Shown piece after piece: positions 17,341 to 26,315 of a DNA stretch of 64,000 nt. The notes beneath the pieces are model-generated. The model saw nothing but the letters and a program-made list of their open reading frames with translations. It was not told the origin of the DNA and did no database searches. Within the stretch, counting starts at the first letter, position 1, and each line of letters starts with the position of its first letter. The stretch spans positions 166,698 through 230,697 of the forward strand of contig NZ_JBNATX010000001.1 in assembly GCF_049701115.1 (NCBI RefSeq), in the 5' to 3' direction. This stretch comes from Caldanaerobacter sp. GTDB lineage: Bacteria > Bacillota > Thermoanaerobacteria > Thermoanaerobacterales > Thermoanaerobacteraceae. A program made the translations under genes and the position numbers.

Positions 17341-18026
17341 CTGCTTTTAAAAAATTTATATGTCAATACCTTTAATATATCTAAAAACTGCCTCCCCCTA
17401 TGCAGAAACCCCTTTAAATCCCTGCTTGTAAAGGAATGAGTCATATTGACTTCTACTTCTTTTACCCGATAACCTTTTTGCAAAATATCTATGGTCATCC
17501 CTACTTCTATTCCAAAACCACTATAGAAAGTATCTAAGCTTTCTAAAACCTCCCTTTTAAAAGCCCTTTGTCCAGAGAGGACAGACTCAAGTTCCTTTCC
17601 TGTAAAATATTTTACCCCTTTTCTTGCCAATCTCTTTACAATGCCAAATCCCCCTTTTACTGGGGCTTTTGGAAATTTTGCAATAACTACATCAGCTTCA
17701 TTTAAAATTATAGGGCTTATCAATTTTTCGACTTCCTTTGAAGAAAGCCCCACATCTGCATCAAGAAATACTATAATATTATTTTTTGCATATTTGAGAC
17801 CTTCTTTCAAAGCCGCTGCCTTCCCCATGTTTTTTTTCATGTTCACCAATTTTGCGCCCGCTTTTTTCGCTCTCTCGGCTGTTTGATCTGTAGAACCATC
17901 ATTTATTACGATTATCTCTTCTACTTGTTCTACAGCCTCCAAGCCCCTTATCGTATCAATTATCCTATCTTGTTCGTTATAAGCTGGTATCAACACACTC
18001 ACTTTTTCATCCATCTGTAATCTCAC
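17328..18026 (-). CDS. GT2 family glycosyltransferase
   Basis: LIPAYNE, INDGSTD, GKAAAL, DAD motif, SGQRAF. Confidence 0.9.
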   Translation of the reverse strand: MRLQMDEKVSVLIPAYNEQDRIIDTIRGLEAVEQVEEIIVINDGSTDQTAERAKKAGAKLVNMKKNMGKAAALKEGLKYAKNNIIVFLDADVGLSSKEVEKLISPIILNEADVVIAKFPKAPVKGGFGIVKRLARKGVKYFTGKELESVLSGQRAFKREVLESLDTFYSGFGIEVGMTIDILQKGYRVKEVEVNMTHSFTSRDLKGFLHRGRQFLDILKVLTYKFFKSRWKK

Positions 18027-18934
18027 CTTTTCTGAGTTATGTTGGAAGGAGCATTTCCAAAAGAATCTGGCATGAGGCTCATGGCTCCTTGTTTAATGCC
18101 ATAATTGCCTTCTTTTCCTTCCATCACCATTATAAGAGCAGTTTGTCCTATTATGCTATCTACATCGTCTACTGTAGAGATATGCTGTTTTTTGTACACA
18201 TCGATGTAAGAATACTTAGCATCGCTTTGTTCAACCCCAACTATAGGAATATTCAAAAGCTTGACTTCTTTTATGATAGGAACATCTATAGTATTTGCGT
18301 TGTTGTCCTTATTGTTACTACCTCCGGCTATAATTACAAAATCTACATTTCCAGGCACTCCTGTAAAATCTATATAGCCATTTGACTTTAAATAATTTAT
18401 GAGATCCACATCTTCTCCTGTGACAATGGCATGAGATAATTTCTGAGCTACAAATTCATTCAACCTTTTTAAGTCAACCGAAACCCCATATTTTGAAGAT
18501 AGAAAACTCGTTAAATTTTCTACCTGTATGTCACTTCCTGAATCAAAACTTTCTTTTATTATGGTTATAGATTGAATTGTGGCTCCCGCCTTTAAAAGTG
18601 CATTTCTCATGCCAGAAAATATAAACTCATTAGTCGTCTCAATTATGGCTACCTTCACACCAGCGAGTCTATTGGCTATAAGTTCAGGAAAGATTATTTG
18701 ATGATACTGATTATAATAATTTATCTCTTTATTTAGGTCTTGTATGGTATTTTTCAAATTGGCATTTTCAGCCTGTAAATCTTTAAATTTTTGTTCCAGC
18801 TCGTTTATTATGGCAGTTTGCTGCTCAGAAAAAATTTTTTGCCCATCTAGCATAAACCCAATAAAAATTCCTACCCCTAATGCTACAAATATAGAGGCAA
18901 TTGTGAGAACATAGTACTTTATGTTTATATTCAT
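18023..18934 (-). CDS. SteB/MctB (DUF3186, 'copper transporter') family protein
   Basis: KYYVLTIASIFVALGVGIFIG TM segment, coiled coil, and ISTVDDVDSIIGQ motif. Confidence 0.85.
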   Translation of the reverse strand: MNINIKYYVLTIASIFVALGVGIFIGFMLDGQKIFSEQQTAIINELEQKFKDLQAENANLKNTIQDLNKEINYYNQYHQIIFPELIANRLAGVKVAIIETTNEFIFSGMRNALLKAGATIQSITIIKESFDSGSDIQVENLTSFLSSKYGVSVDLKRLNEFVAQKLSHAIVTGEDVDLINYLKSNGYIDFTGVPGNVDFVIIAGGSNNKDNNANTIDVPIIKEVKLLNIPIVGVEQSDAKYSYIDVYKKQHISTVDDVDSIIGQTALIMVMEGKEGNYGIKQGAMSLMPDSFGNAPSNITQKR

Positions 18935-18948
18935 AGAAAATCATCTCC

Positions 18949-20070
18949 CTAAAAACCAATTAAAAGCCTAATCCTTAATTGCAGGAGTCTAAGAAGCTGC
19001 TGCATTGGAGGTGAAAAGTAAGCTAGCACTCCCAATGGAACTAATGCTGCAATTATTATGCTAAAAATATATGAAAGTTTAAAATTTTCCCTATAGAGTT
19101 TGTTAACCCCTTTGGCATCGATCAGTTTTTCCCCTACTTTTAATCGAACTAAAAATGTGCTTGCCATCCCTTTTCTTCCTTTTTCTAAAAAATCGATCAT
19201 ACTAGAATGAGTCCCTACAGCTACAATAAGGTCCGCTCCTTTTTCAAAAGCTAAAAGCATTGCTATGTCTTCGCTGGTACCTGGTGCTTTAAAAACTTCT
19301 GCATTAAGCCCCAATTTCTGCACCCTTTCAAGCCCTGGCGCCCTTCCATCCGGATAAGCGTGCACTATGATCTCTTTTGCTTTTTTTAAAGCTTCATCAC
19401 TAACACTGTCCATGTCTCCTATCACTATGTCAGGAACTAACCCGAATTCTAAAAGAGCGTCCGCTCCCCCGTCTACTCCTATTAGAATCGGTTTTACGTC
19501 AGTTATATACTGTTTTATAGTAAAAAGGTCCTCCTTGTAGTCCTTCCCGCGCACCACTACAAGAGCATGTCTTCCTTTAAAGCGGACCTTTGTAGGAGGA
19601 AGTTCAACTCCCCCTAGAATGAAATACTTTTCTTTCTTGGCGTATTCTAAGGTGTTTTCAATAAATTTATCCAGCTCTTCTCCTATATTTTCTCTGCTCT
19701 CTTGAAGTTTGTATTCGACTACTTCTTTGGTAAGTAACTTCCCTCTTTTTAACAAAATCCCATCTTTGTATATCTCATTATCTACTATAGTAATTTTATC
19801 ATTTTCCTTAAGTAAGTCGAATATATCTTTCCCTACATCATCTATTATCGGAATTCCCGCCTCACACAGAATATAAGGTCCCATATTGGGGTACCTTCCG
19901 CTTATGGACCTATCTGCGTTTATCACGGCCAGTACCTTTTTTTCAACAAGAGATTCAGCAGCCACCTCATCCAAATCTCTATGGTCTATCACTGCTATAT
20001 CGCCCGGCTTCAATCTTTTTACCAGGTTTTTAGTTCTTTTATCCAATTTTACAAATCCTGTTATTTCCAT
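18949..20070 (-). CDS. steA: SteA family putative cytokinetic ring protein (thiamine pyrophosphokinase-like fold)
   Basis: DKRTKNLVKRLKPGDIAVIDHRDLD, SGRYPNMGP, IGVDGGAD, GTSEDIAML, GMASTFLVRLKVG; C-terminal TM. Confidence 0.88.
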   Translation of the reverse strand: MEITGFVKLDKRTKNLVKRLKPGDIAVIDHRDLDEVAAESLVEKKVLAVINADRSISGRYPNMGPYILCEAGIPIIDDVGKDIFDLLKENDKITIVDNEIYKDGILLKRGKLLTKEVVEYKLQESRENIGEELDKFIENTLEYAKKEKYFILGGVELPPTKVRFKGRHALVVVRGKDYKEDLFTIKQYITDVKPILIGVDGGADALLEFGLVPDIVIGDMDSVSDEALKKAKEIIVHAYPDGRAPGLERVQKLGLNAEVFKAPGTSEDIAMLLAFEKGADLIVAVGTHSSMIDFLEKGRKGMASTFLVRLKVGEKLIDAKGVNKLYRENFKLSYIFSIIIAALVPLGVLAYFSPPMQQLLRLLQLRIRLLIGF

Positions 20071-20104
20071 AAAAGCTCACCCACCAACTTTCGCTTCCCT
20101 GTCT

Positions 20105-20113
20105 ATTATAACA
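20105..20113 (-). promoter_or_regulatory. SigmaA extended -10 promoter of the steA operon
   Basis: TGtTATAAT about 35 nt upstream of the steA start. Confidence 0.55.
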
Positions 20114-20139
20114 CAAAAAAAATTTACATAAAATAAACA

Positions 20140-20178
20140 AAAAATAAAAAGCAGGAAATAGAAAATCATCCTGCTTTC
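20140..20178 (-). terminator. Terminator after spo0A
   Basis: aagcagga/tcctgctt stem followed by a long T-rich tract. Confidence 0.55.
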
Positions 20179-20948
20179 ATTCCTAACCTCAGTTTGTCAG
20201 CAATAAGCGCGATGAACTCTGAGTTGGTAGGTTTCCCTTTTTCATCGTTTATTGTATATCCGAAAAGTTCATTCAGTACCTCCGTCCTTCCCCTGCTCCA
20301 CGCCACTTCTATCGCATGTCTTATGGCTCTTTCTACTCTGCTGGGTGTAGTGTTATACTTTTCAGCTATTTTGGGGTATAGCATTTTTGTCACGGAATTC
20401 AAGTAATCCATATTGCTTATAACAAGAGAAATTGCATCCCGTAGATACATATACCCTTTTATATGAGCTGGTACTCCGACTTCATGGATTATCTCTGTAA
20501 TCATAGCTTCTAAATCGTAGTCCTTTTTTGCCTTTACAACAGGAAAAACTGTTCTTGATACGATGTCTAAATCGGGTTCCATTAGCTCTGTAATTCTTTT
20601 TGAAAGCATTGCAAGGTCAAAAGGCTTGAGCACGTAATAATCTGCACCTAATGCTATGGCCCTTTGTGTAATTTTTTCCTGTCCTACTGCAGACAGAATG
20701 AGAATTTTGGGCTTTTTAAGCTGTTCTTCATTTATTCTTTCCAGCACACCTATCCCATCTAAATAGGGCATTATGATGTCTAGAATCAAAAGGTCCAGCG
20801 ATTGATTTTTTATGATTTCGATAGCTTGATTGCCATCATTGGCAACACCTACTACTTCGAAATTCTGCTGAGCCGACAAATACTCAGCTAAAATGTTAGC
20901 AAACTCTTTATTGTCGTCTGCAATGGCTATTCTAATCTTCTTAATCAA
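20166..20948 (-). CDS. spo0A: Sporulation master regulator Spo0A
   Basis: Receiver domain (IADD, LDIIMP) plus GVPAHIKGY...[15 protein letters not shown]...KPTNSEFIA; TTG start. Confidence 0.98.
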   Translation of the reverse strand: MIKKIRIAIADDNKEFANILAEYLSAQQNFEVVGVANDGNQAIEIIKNQSLDLLILDIIMPYLDGIGVLERINEEQLKKPKILILSAVGQEKITQRAIALGADYYVLKPFDLAMLSKRITELMEPDLDIVSRTVFPVVKAKKDYDLEAMITEIIHEVGVPAHIKGYMYLRDAISLVISNMDYLNSVTKMLYPKIAEKYNTTPSRVERAIRHAIEVAWSRGRTEVLNELFGYTINDEKGKPTNSEFIALIADKLRLGMKAG

Positions 20949-20989
20949 TTACTCTTACCTCCCGTTGCTAATATTAGTATATAATATTT

Positions 20990-21014
20990 ATTCTACATAA
21001 TAGTTGAATTTCCT
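20990..21014 (-). promoter_or_regulatory. SigmaH-type promoter of spo0A
   Basis: AGGA-N17-GAAT. Confidence 0.72.
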
Positions 21015-21031
21015 CCTTTTTGGTAAAAAAT

Positions 21032-22321
21032 TTATTCATTTGTGAAAACCTGCTTATCATCAAGCAGACTGTTAACTTCGTTTACCATCCATTCTGCATA
21101 AACAGCATATCCTTTTGAAGGGTCGTTTACAAAAACGTGGGTTATGGCTCCTACAAGTTTCCCATCTTGAATTATAGGGCTTCCACTCATGCCTTGAATA
21201 ATTCCGCCAGTTTTTTCTAAAAGCCTTCTGTCAGTGATTTTCACTATCATCCCCTTGGGAGTCGGAGATTCTTGATAAGCTTTTTTTACGATCTCTACAT
21301 CAAACTCCTGTACTCCTTTATTGTCAATGGTAGCAAGTATCTTAGCGGGTCCTTCTTTTATCTGACTTTGATATGCTATAGGAACCTCTCCGTAAAATCC
21401 ATTTTCGAAATCTCTGTATATATATCCGTATATTCCAAATGGAGTATTTTTTAGAATATTTCCTATGGCATCTACTTCCTCAAAAAACACCCCCTTCAAT
21501 TCGCCAGGTTTGCTTCTACGCCCTTGGTCTATAGATGTTATTCGAGTGTTCATTATTTCTCCATTCTCTACAGATAAGACATGACCTGTATCGATATCTG
21601 TTATAGCGTGTCCCAGCGCAGCATATACCTTTTTAGAAGGATAATAAAATGTTAAGGTACCAATACCTGCAGTGTGGTCCCTCACCCAAAGCCCAATTCT
21701 GTACTGTTTGTCTTCTTTAGATTTTACAGGATGAATCACAGCATAAACTATTGAATTTTTTCTATTAATTTTAAGCTTTAGTGGGTCTCCCTTTAACTTA
21801 TTAGCAATTTCTGTTATGTCTTCTGCCTGCTTTATCTCAAGCCCATTGACTTCTAAAATTATGTCTCCAATCTGAATTCTCCCTTCTTTATAAGGGCTGT
21901 AGATTTTCCCATCTTCTCCTATTATATCTGAATATCCTACTACTAGGGCTCCCTTTGTATTAAGCTTTACTCCTATTGCCTGCCCTCCAGGCACTACTTT
22001 TATGGTGGGCACTACATCCACACTTATGTGCTTTAAAGGAAAGAGTCCAAAAAGCTTTAAGTTTAAACTTGCTGTGCCCGTAGTCACTGCTTCGATGGTA
22101 GTCGCATCTTTTTCACTTATTTTTAAAGGTCCCTCTTTGTCCGTTTCAAAGGTAACTTTAAAAGGGAATGGAAAACTATAGTTTAACTTTTCGCCTTGGA
22201 AAATTTTGAAATTAGAAGGTATCTTTGTTATTTCTTGAATAGGAGCAGAATAATTTACAAATACTAAAATAAAGCTTAGCAAAGAAAATAAAACTAATTT
22301 AGTTAGCTTGTTGTTCATCAT
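21032..22321 (-). CDS. spoIVB: SpoIVB peptidase
   Basis: PDZ region, GLWVRDHTAGIGTLTF, ALGHAITD, TGGIIQGMSGSPIIQ. Confidence 0.96.
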   Translation of the reverse strand: MMNNKLTKLVLFSLLSFILVFVNYSAPIQEITKIPSNFKIFQGEKLNYSFPFPFKVTFETDKEGPLKISEKDATTIEAVTTGTASLNLKLFGLFPLKHISVDVVPTIKVVPGGQAIGVKLNTKGALVVGYSDIIGEDGKIYSPYKEGRIQIGDIILEVNGLEIKQAEDITEIANKLKGDPLKLKINRKNSIVYAVIHPVKSKEDKQYRIGLWVRDHTAGIGTLTFYYPSKKVYAALGHAITDIDTGHVLSVENGEIMNTRITSIDQGRRSKPGELKGVFFEEVDAIGNILKNTPFGIYGYIYRDFENGFYGEVPIAYQSQIKEGPAKILATIDNKGVQEFDVEIVKKAYQESPTPKGMIVKITDRRLLEKTGGIIQGMSGSPIIQDGKLVGAITHVFVNDPSKGYAVYAEWMVNEVNSLLDDKQVFTNE

Positions 22322-22359
22322 CTCACTTCCTTTTTCAAAACTTAAGCTGAGTCTAAATT

Positions 22360-22389
22360 TAAATTAACCTTTTTAAAGCGCTTATATAC
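22360..22389 (-). promoter_or_regulatory. SigmaF-type promoter of spoIVB
   Basis: GTATA-N15-GGTTAATTTA. Confidence 0.6.
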
Positions 22390-22439
22390 TGTAAATAAAT
22401 TATTGGAATAGTAAAAGGAAGCGAGATGAGTATAAAGTT

Positions 22440-24140
22440 TTAAAGGGTTTTTTTAAACCTTGCGGCCATTTCTAAAAGTTCTTTAGCATGCTCAAGAGTC
22501 GTGAAGGTTATATTTTCCCCTCCCATAATTCTGGCTAATTCTCTTATTCTTCCTTCGTAATCAAGCTCTGTAAGTTTAATATAGGTCCTGTTTTCATTGG
22601 AAATTTTTGAAATAAGGTAGTGCGCATCTGCCATACAAGCTATCTGTGGAAGATGAGTCACACAAATAAGCTGATGTCTTTTGGAAAGGTAAGCCATTTT
22701 TTCTGCCACCCGCTGAGCCGTTTTACCGCTTATTCCTGTATCTACTTCATCAAAGATTAAGGTAGAAATCTCATCGGACGAAGCCAAAACACTCTTCAAA
22801 GCCAGCATTATCCTAGATAATTCTCCACCAGAAGCAATTTTAGCAAGTGGTTTTAAAGGTTCCCCAACATTAGTAGAAATCAAAAATTCTACCTTATCAA
22901 ACCCATTCTCATTTGGCATTTCTTCTTTTGTTATATCTACTTTGAACAGAGCATTAGGCATATTAAGCTCTTTTAAAACTTTATTTACCTCCTCTTCAAT
23001 GTGCAAAGCCAAATTTTCTCTTTCTTTATGAATTTTATCTCCTATTTCCTTGATATCTTTCCATAATAAGGCTTCTTTTTTTTCTAATTCTTTCTGCCTC
23101 TCTTCAAAATGAAGTATATCCTCGAGTTCTTTTTTCTTTTCTTTTTTAAAAAGTAAAATATGAGAAATTGTAGGACCATATTTTCTCTTTAAAAAATTTA
23201 TCAAATTAAGTCTTTCCTCTATCATATCAAGGTCTTTTTGATTAAAATCAATGCTTCCCAAATATTCTCTTAACTGCAATGCTAAATCTTCGGCTTCATA
23301 TAAAATATTTTCAAGCTTTTCTTTTAAATTTTTAAGCTTTCCATCTATAGAAAAAGCTATGTCCAAGTTCTTTACTACCTTGTGGAGGTTGTCCAGTACA
23401 GAAAATCCTCCATCTCCTTCATAAAGAATTTTGTAAGATAAATTTACAGCATTAAACAGCCTTTCGTAATTCATTAAAATATTTCTTCTCTCTAAAAGTT
23501 CTTCCTCTTCTTCTTCACTTAAATTAGCTTTTTCTATTTCTTCAATCTGATACCTTAACAAATCAATCTTTTGTTCCTTTTCCCTATCATCTTTAAAAAG
23601 GCTATTCTTTTCTCTTACGACAGTTCTATATTCTTCTAACAACTGTTTAAACTTTTCCTTTAAACCCTTAAAATCTTCTCCTCCAAAATTGTCTAAAATA
23701 GAGAGGTGTCGAGAAGGGTCAAGAAGAAATTGATGTTCATGCTGTCCTAAAATATCTACAAGAAATGTCCCCACTTTTTCTAAAAAAGAAAGAGGGACTA
23801 TTCTTCCATTTATTCTTGAATAACTTCGGCCACTTTTAGTTATTTCCCTGCTTACTATAAGAGTATCGTCCTTTTCTGGCTGAATTCCCATTTCTTCTAA
23901 GAGTTTTACAATTTTTTCTTTATTGCTGTCAAGCAAAAAAACTCCCTCTACAAAAGCTTTTTCTTCTCCCGTTCTTATTATATCCCTATTTGCACGAGCA
24001 CCAATTAAAAGAAGTACAGAGTCAATAACTATGGACTTCCCCGCTCCTGTCTCCCCCGTTAAAACGTTAAATCCTTCTTTGAACTCTACTTCAAGTCTAT
24101 CAATTATAGCCACATTCTCTATCTTTATGTTCAAAAGCAT
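22440..24140 (-). CDS. recN: DNA repair protein RecN
   Basis: LTGETGAGKS, ASGGELSR, LIFDEVDTGISG, VTHLPQIA. Confidence 0.97.
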   Translation of the reverse strand: MLLNIKIENVAIIDRLEVEFKEGFNVLTGETGAGKSIVIDSVLLLIGARANRDIIRTGEEKAFVEGVFLLDSNKEKIVKLLEEMGIQPEKDDTLIVSREITKSGRSYSRINGRIVPLSFLEKVGTFLVDILGQHEHQFLLDPSRHLSILDNFGGEDFKGLKEKFKQLLEEYRTVVREKNSLFKDDREKEQKIDLLRYQIEEIEKANLSEEEEEELLERRNILMNYERLFNAVNLSYKILYEGDGGFSVLDNLHKVVKNLDIAFSIDGKLKNLKEKLENILYEAEDLALQLREYLGSIDFNQKDLDMIEERLNLINFLKRKYGPTISHILLFKKEKKKELEDILHFEERQKELEKKEALLWKDIKEIGDKIHKERENLALHIEEEVNKVLKELNMPNALFKVDITKEEMPNENGFDKVEFLISTNVGEPLKPLAKIASGGELSRIMLALKSVLASSDEISTLIFDEVDTGISGKTAQRVAEKMAYLSKRHQLICVTHLPQIACMADAHYLISKISNENRTYIKLTELDYEGRIRELARIMGGENITFTTLEHAKELLEMAARFKKTL

Positions 24141-24156
24141 GTCAAGACCTCCATAG

Positions 24157-24612
24157 TTACTTCATCAATTTTCTAAACTTTTCAACCAGTTCTTGAATAT
24201 CTTCTTGGTTCCTAACAAGGACAAAGATAGTATTATCTCCAGCTATAGTACCTACAATATTTTTCCAATTAAGAGTATCGATTGCTTCGGCGGCTGCTGA
24301 AGCACTCCCTGATAACGTTTTTATAACTATGATGTTTCCAGCATAATCTACATTGACTATCGATTCAGAAAGCAAGGTCATGAGTCTTTCACTTATGTTG
24401 GCATCTACCCGTGTCATTGGTGCATACTTGTATCGTTTCCCGTCTTCTGTAAGAACTTTTATGAGGCGAAGTTCTTTTATATCTCTAGATACCGTGGCTT
24501 GTGTAACATCTATTCCTCTTTTTTGTAGTTCCGCCGCCAGTTCTTCCTGTGTCTCTATTTCTTTTTCAGAAATTATCTCTAAAATCTTGGCGTGCCTTGC
24601 CAGTTTCATCAC
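24157..24612 (-). CDS. argR: Arginine repressor
   Basis: [26 protein letters not shown]. Confidence 0.96.
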   Translation of the reverse strand: MMKLARHAKILEIISEKEIETQEELAAELQKRGIDVTQATVSRDIKELRLIKVLTEDGKRYKYAPMTRVDANISERLMTLLSESIVNVDYAGNIIVIKTLSGSASAAAEAIDTLNWKNIVGTIAGDNTIFVLVRNQEDIQELVEKFRKLMK

Positions 24613-24628
24613 TTTACCTCACCTCTTT

Positions 24629-25486
24629 TCACCTTTCTGTAAGTTTATCTCTCAAAAGGTCAAAAAAATTGCTGTTCTTCACTTTAATAAGATTAGTGTA
24701 TTCGTGACTCTTCTTTATATATATGACGTCTCTGTAATCTATCTTATACCCCTGCTGTCCATCAGTTGTTATCATCAAGTCTTGATTTTCTTCTGCTATC
24801 TCTAAGCGTATTATATCATTTGGAGAAACAACTATGGACCTAGAATACAGTGTATGAGGACATATGGGCGTTATTATAATGACTTCCACTGTAGGATAGA
24901 CTATCGGTCCTCCAGCAGAAAGTGAATAAGCAGTAGAACCAGTAGGAGTAGCTACAATAACTCCATCTGCTAAGTAAGTATCCACATAATTATCATTTAC
25001 AAAGGTTTTGATGCGAGCCATCCTTGAAAAAGCTCCTCTTGTTATAACTATGTCATTTAAAGCTCTAAAATTTATGACTTCCATGTCGTTTTTGACTACG
25101 TTTGCTTCTAACATCATTCTCTTCTCTATAGTATACTCGCCTTTGTATATTTTTTCTAGGGAAGAGAAAAGTTCAGAAACATCTATTTCTGTTAAAAAAC
25201 CCAAATGCCCCAAATTAACCGCTAAAATAGGAGTACCAAAAGGAGCACACAAACGGGCTACATTGAGTATTGTTCCGTCTCCTCCCAATGCGACAATAAA
25301 ATCCGAATTACTATATATTTCATTTGTTTTTTTGCCATGTTTTTCATAACCGATTCGAGCTGCTACTATCTCATTCAAATAAGGTTCAGAACCTCGATCA
25401 ATAAGCCAATCCACTACAGATTTGGTTACTTCCAAGTCCTTATCTTTATTTATATTTGGAATTACCCCAACTTTTTTCATTATCAT
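24629..25486 (-). CDS. nadK: NAD kinase
   Basis: GGDGT, ALND, DGVIVATPTGSTAYSLSAGGP. Confidence 0.96.
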   Translation of the reverse strand: MIMKKVGVIPNINKDKDLEVTKSVVDWLIDRGSEPYLNEIVAARIGYEKHGKKTNEIYSNSDFIVALGGDGTILNVARLCAPFGTPILAVNLGHLGFLTEIDVSELFSSLEKIYKGEYTIEKRMMLEANVVKNDMEVINFRALNDIVITRGAFSRMARIKTFVNDNYVDTYLADGVIVATPTGSTAYSLSAGGPIVYPTVEVIIITPICPHTLYSRSIVVSPNDIIRLEIAEENQDLMITTDGQQGYKIDYRDVIYIKKSHEYTNLIKVKNSNFFDLLRDKLTER

Positions 25487-25517
25487 ACCACCACATTTAT
25501 TTTATTCTACATAAAAT

Positions 25518-26315
25518 TTATTTTTCCTGCCACAAATTTTTGAAAGCTTCTTCTACTATTTTTTCAACCTCTATTTCAATTTCGTCAGATTTCCCCTTTA
25601 TTCCATAAATAAGATACTCTATATTTCCTTCCGCTCCTTTTATAGGAGAATAAGTGATTCCACACACCCCGTAATTTATATTTTTAAACAATTTTATTAT
25701 TTTTTCAAGAACTTCTTTGTGTACGGCTTTATCCTTAACAATCCCCTTTTTGCCTACTTTTCCTCTTCCAGCTTCAAATTGGGGTTTTATCAAGGCTACA
25801 ATTTCTCCACCTACTTTTAAGAACTTGTCAGTTGATGGCACCACAAGCTCTAAAGAAATAAACGACACATCTATAGTAACTATATCCACTATTTCGGGTA
25901 ATGTATTCAAAAATCTTATATTAGTTTTTTCCATTACAAAGACTCTCGGATCATTTCTCAAACTCCAGTGGAGTTGCCCATAGCCTACATCCACAGCATA
26001 AACTTTTTTAGCACCATGCTTCAAAAGACAGTCAGTAAAGCCTCCGGTAGAAGCTCCTACATCTAAGGCAATTTTCTCCTTCACGTCAATCTGAAAAAAC
26101 TTGAGAGCTTTCTCCAGCTTTAGTCCTCCTCTACTCACATATGGGAGAGAATCCCTTTTTATCTCTATCTTAACATCTTCTCTTACCATTTCACCGGCTT
26201 TTTCGGCTCTTCTGTCGTCTACGTAAACTTCTCCTGCCATTATAGCTGCTTTTGCCTTTTCTCTTGAAGAGAAAAAACCTCTTTTTACAAGAAGTATATC
26301 TATTCTCTCCTTCAT
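25518..26315 (-). CDS. tlyA: TlyA family rRNA methyltransferase
   Basis: S4 domain, YVSRGGLKL, DVGASTGGFTD, LIKPQFE. Confidence 0.95.
   Translation of the reverse strand: MKERIDILLVKRGFFSSREKAKAAIMAGEVYVDDRRAEKAGEMVREDVKIEIKRDSLPYVSRGGLKLEKALKFFQIDVKEKIALDVGASTGGFTDCLLKHGAKKVYAVDVGYGQLHWSLRNDPRVFVMEKTNIRFLNTLPEIVDIVTIDVSFISLELVVPSTDKFLKVGGEIVALIKPQFEAGRGKVGKKGIVKDKAVHKEVLEKIIKLFKNINYGVCGITYSPIKGAEGNIEYLIYGIKGKSDEIEIEVEKIVEEAFKNLWQEK

Noticed and set aside
18023-18934. Literal copper transporter function for the MctB-family protein
   Set aside because: The family label is historical; there is no Cu-binding Met/His/Cys cluster, and the steA context favours the SteB interpretation.
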